Shown in pieces: positions 63,715 through 64,000 of a DNA stretch of 64,000 nt. The position numbers and the translations under genes were made by a program. The stretch comes from Eledone cirrhosa (lineage: Eukaryota). Each line of letters opens with the position of its first letter. The first letter of the stretch is position 1. The stretch spans positions 365,118,001-365,182,000 of the forward strand of contig OZ024741.1 of assembly GCA_964016885.1 (NCBI GenBank), in the 5' to 3' direction. The notes beneath the pieces are model-generated. The model searched no databases and was not told where the DNA came from. It saw only the letters and a list, made by a program, of their open reading frames with translations.

Positions 63715-64000
63715 TGTGCTTTCTATAAGCAGACATCAGTTTCAAGAAAGATCACTCGAAGGTATTATTGTTATTATTTTAGAAAATAATTTTCTTTTTA
63801 CGGGAAATCTTAAATCACGATTCTCTGTCAATATGTTGCGTGGGTATCAATCTATATGCCTATATATATATGTATATATATATACATGTGTGTGTGTCTG
63901 GGTGTCTGTGTGTTTGCGTCTGTATGTGTATGTGTGTGTGTGTGCGTGTACATCTACGTTTGCGTTTATATTTGTATATTTACTTATGCATCAATTTATT

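Overview
AT-rich, microsatellite-saturated eukaryotic DNA. The SINE and transposon content suggests an animal, probably a cephalopod such as Octopus; this is inference, not a database result. I can support no intact host protein-coding gene. Most ORFs in the track are translations of (TA)n, (CA)n, (TATG)n or (GA)n tracts. The window is mostly mobile DNA. It holds several Penelope-like elements (PLEs): a near full-length, frameshifted Neptune-like copy at 55.1-58.7 kb, an ~8 kb head-to-head palindrome of a Naiad-like PLE at 47.1-55.1 kb, and 3' fragments at 33, 37 and 43 kb. It also holds many copies of a tRNA-derived SINE, CORE-type SINEs, a tandem array of an RTE-derived non-autonomous element, CRE, R4/Dong and RTE LINE remnants, mariner, pogo and hAT MITEs, and a Helitron-like insert. 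The most notable signal is a dense, diverse set of type I hammerhead ribozyme (HHR) motifs that I folded by eye. They sit in PLE 3' ends and in small non-coding fold-back elements inserted into (TA)n. They include a tandem-HHR, retrozyme-like unit (420 nt monomer), HHRs with ~90-115 nt stem II insertions, and recurrent non-canonical cores (U3/A8, U4G/A, G8A). An RT-less chimera of a Gag zinc knuckle with a GIY-YIG endonuclease, ending in an HHR, is also present. All RNA structures are manual predictions, and coordinates of degraded elements are approximate.
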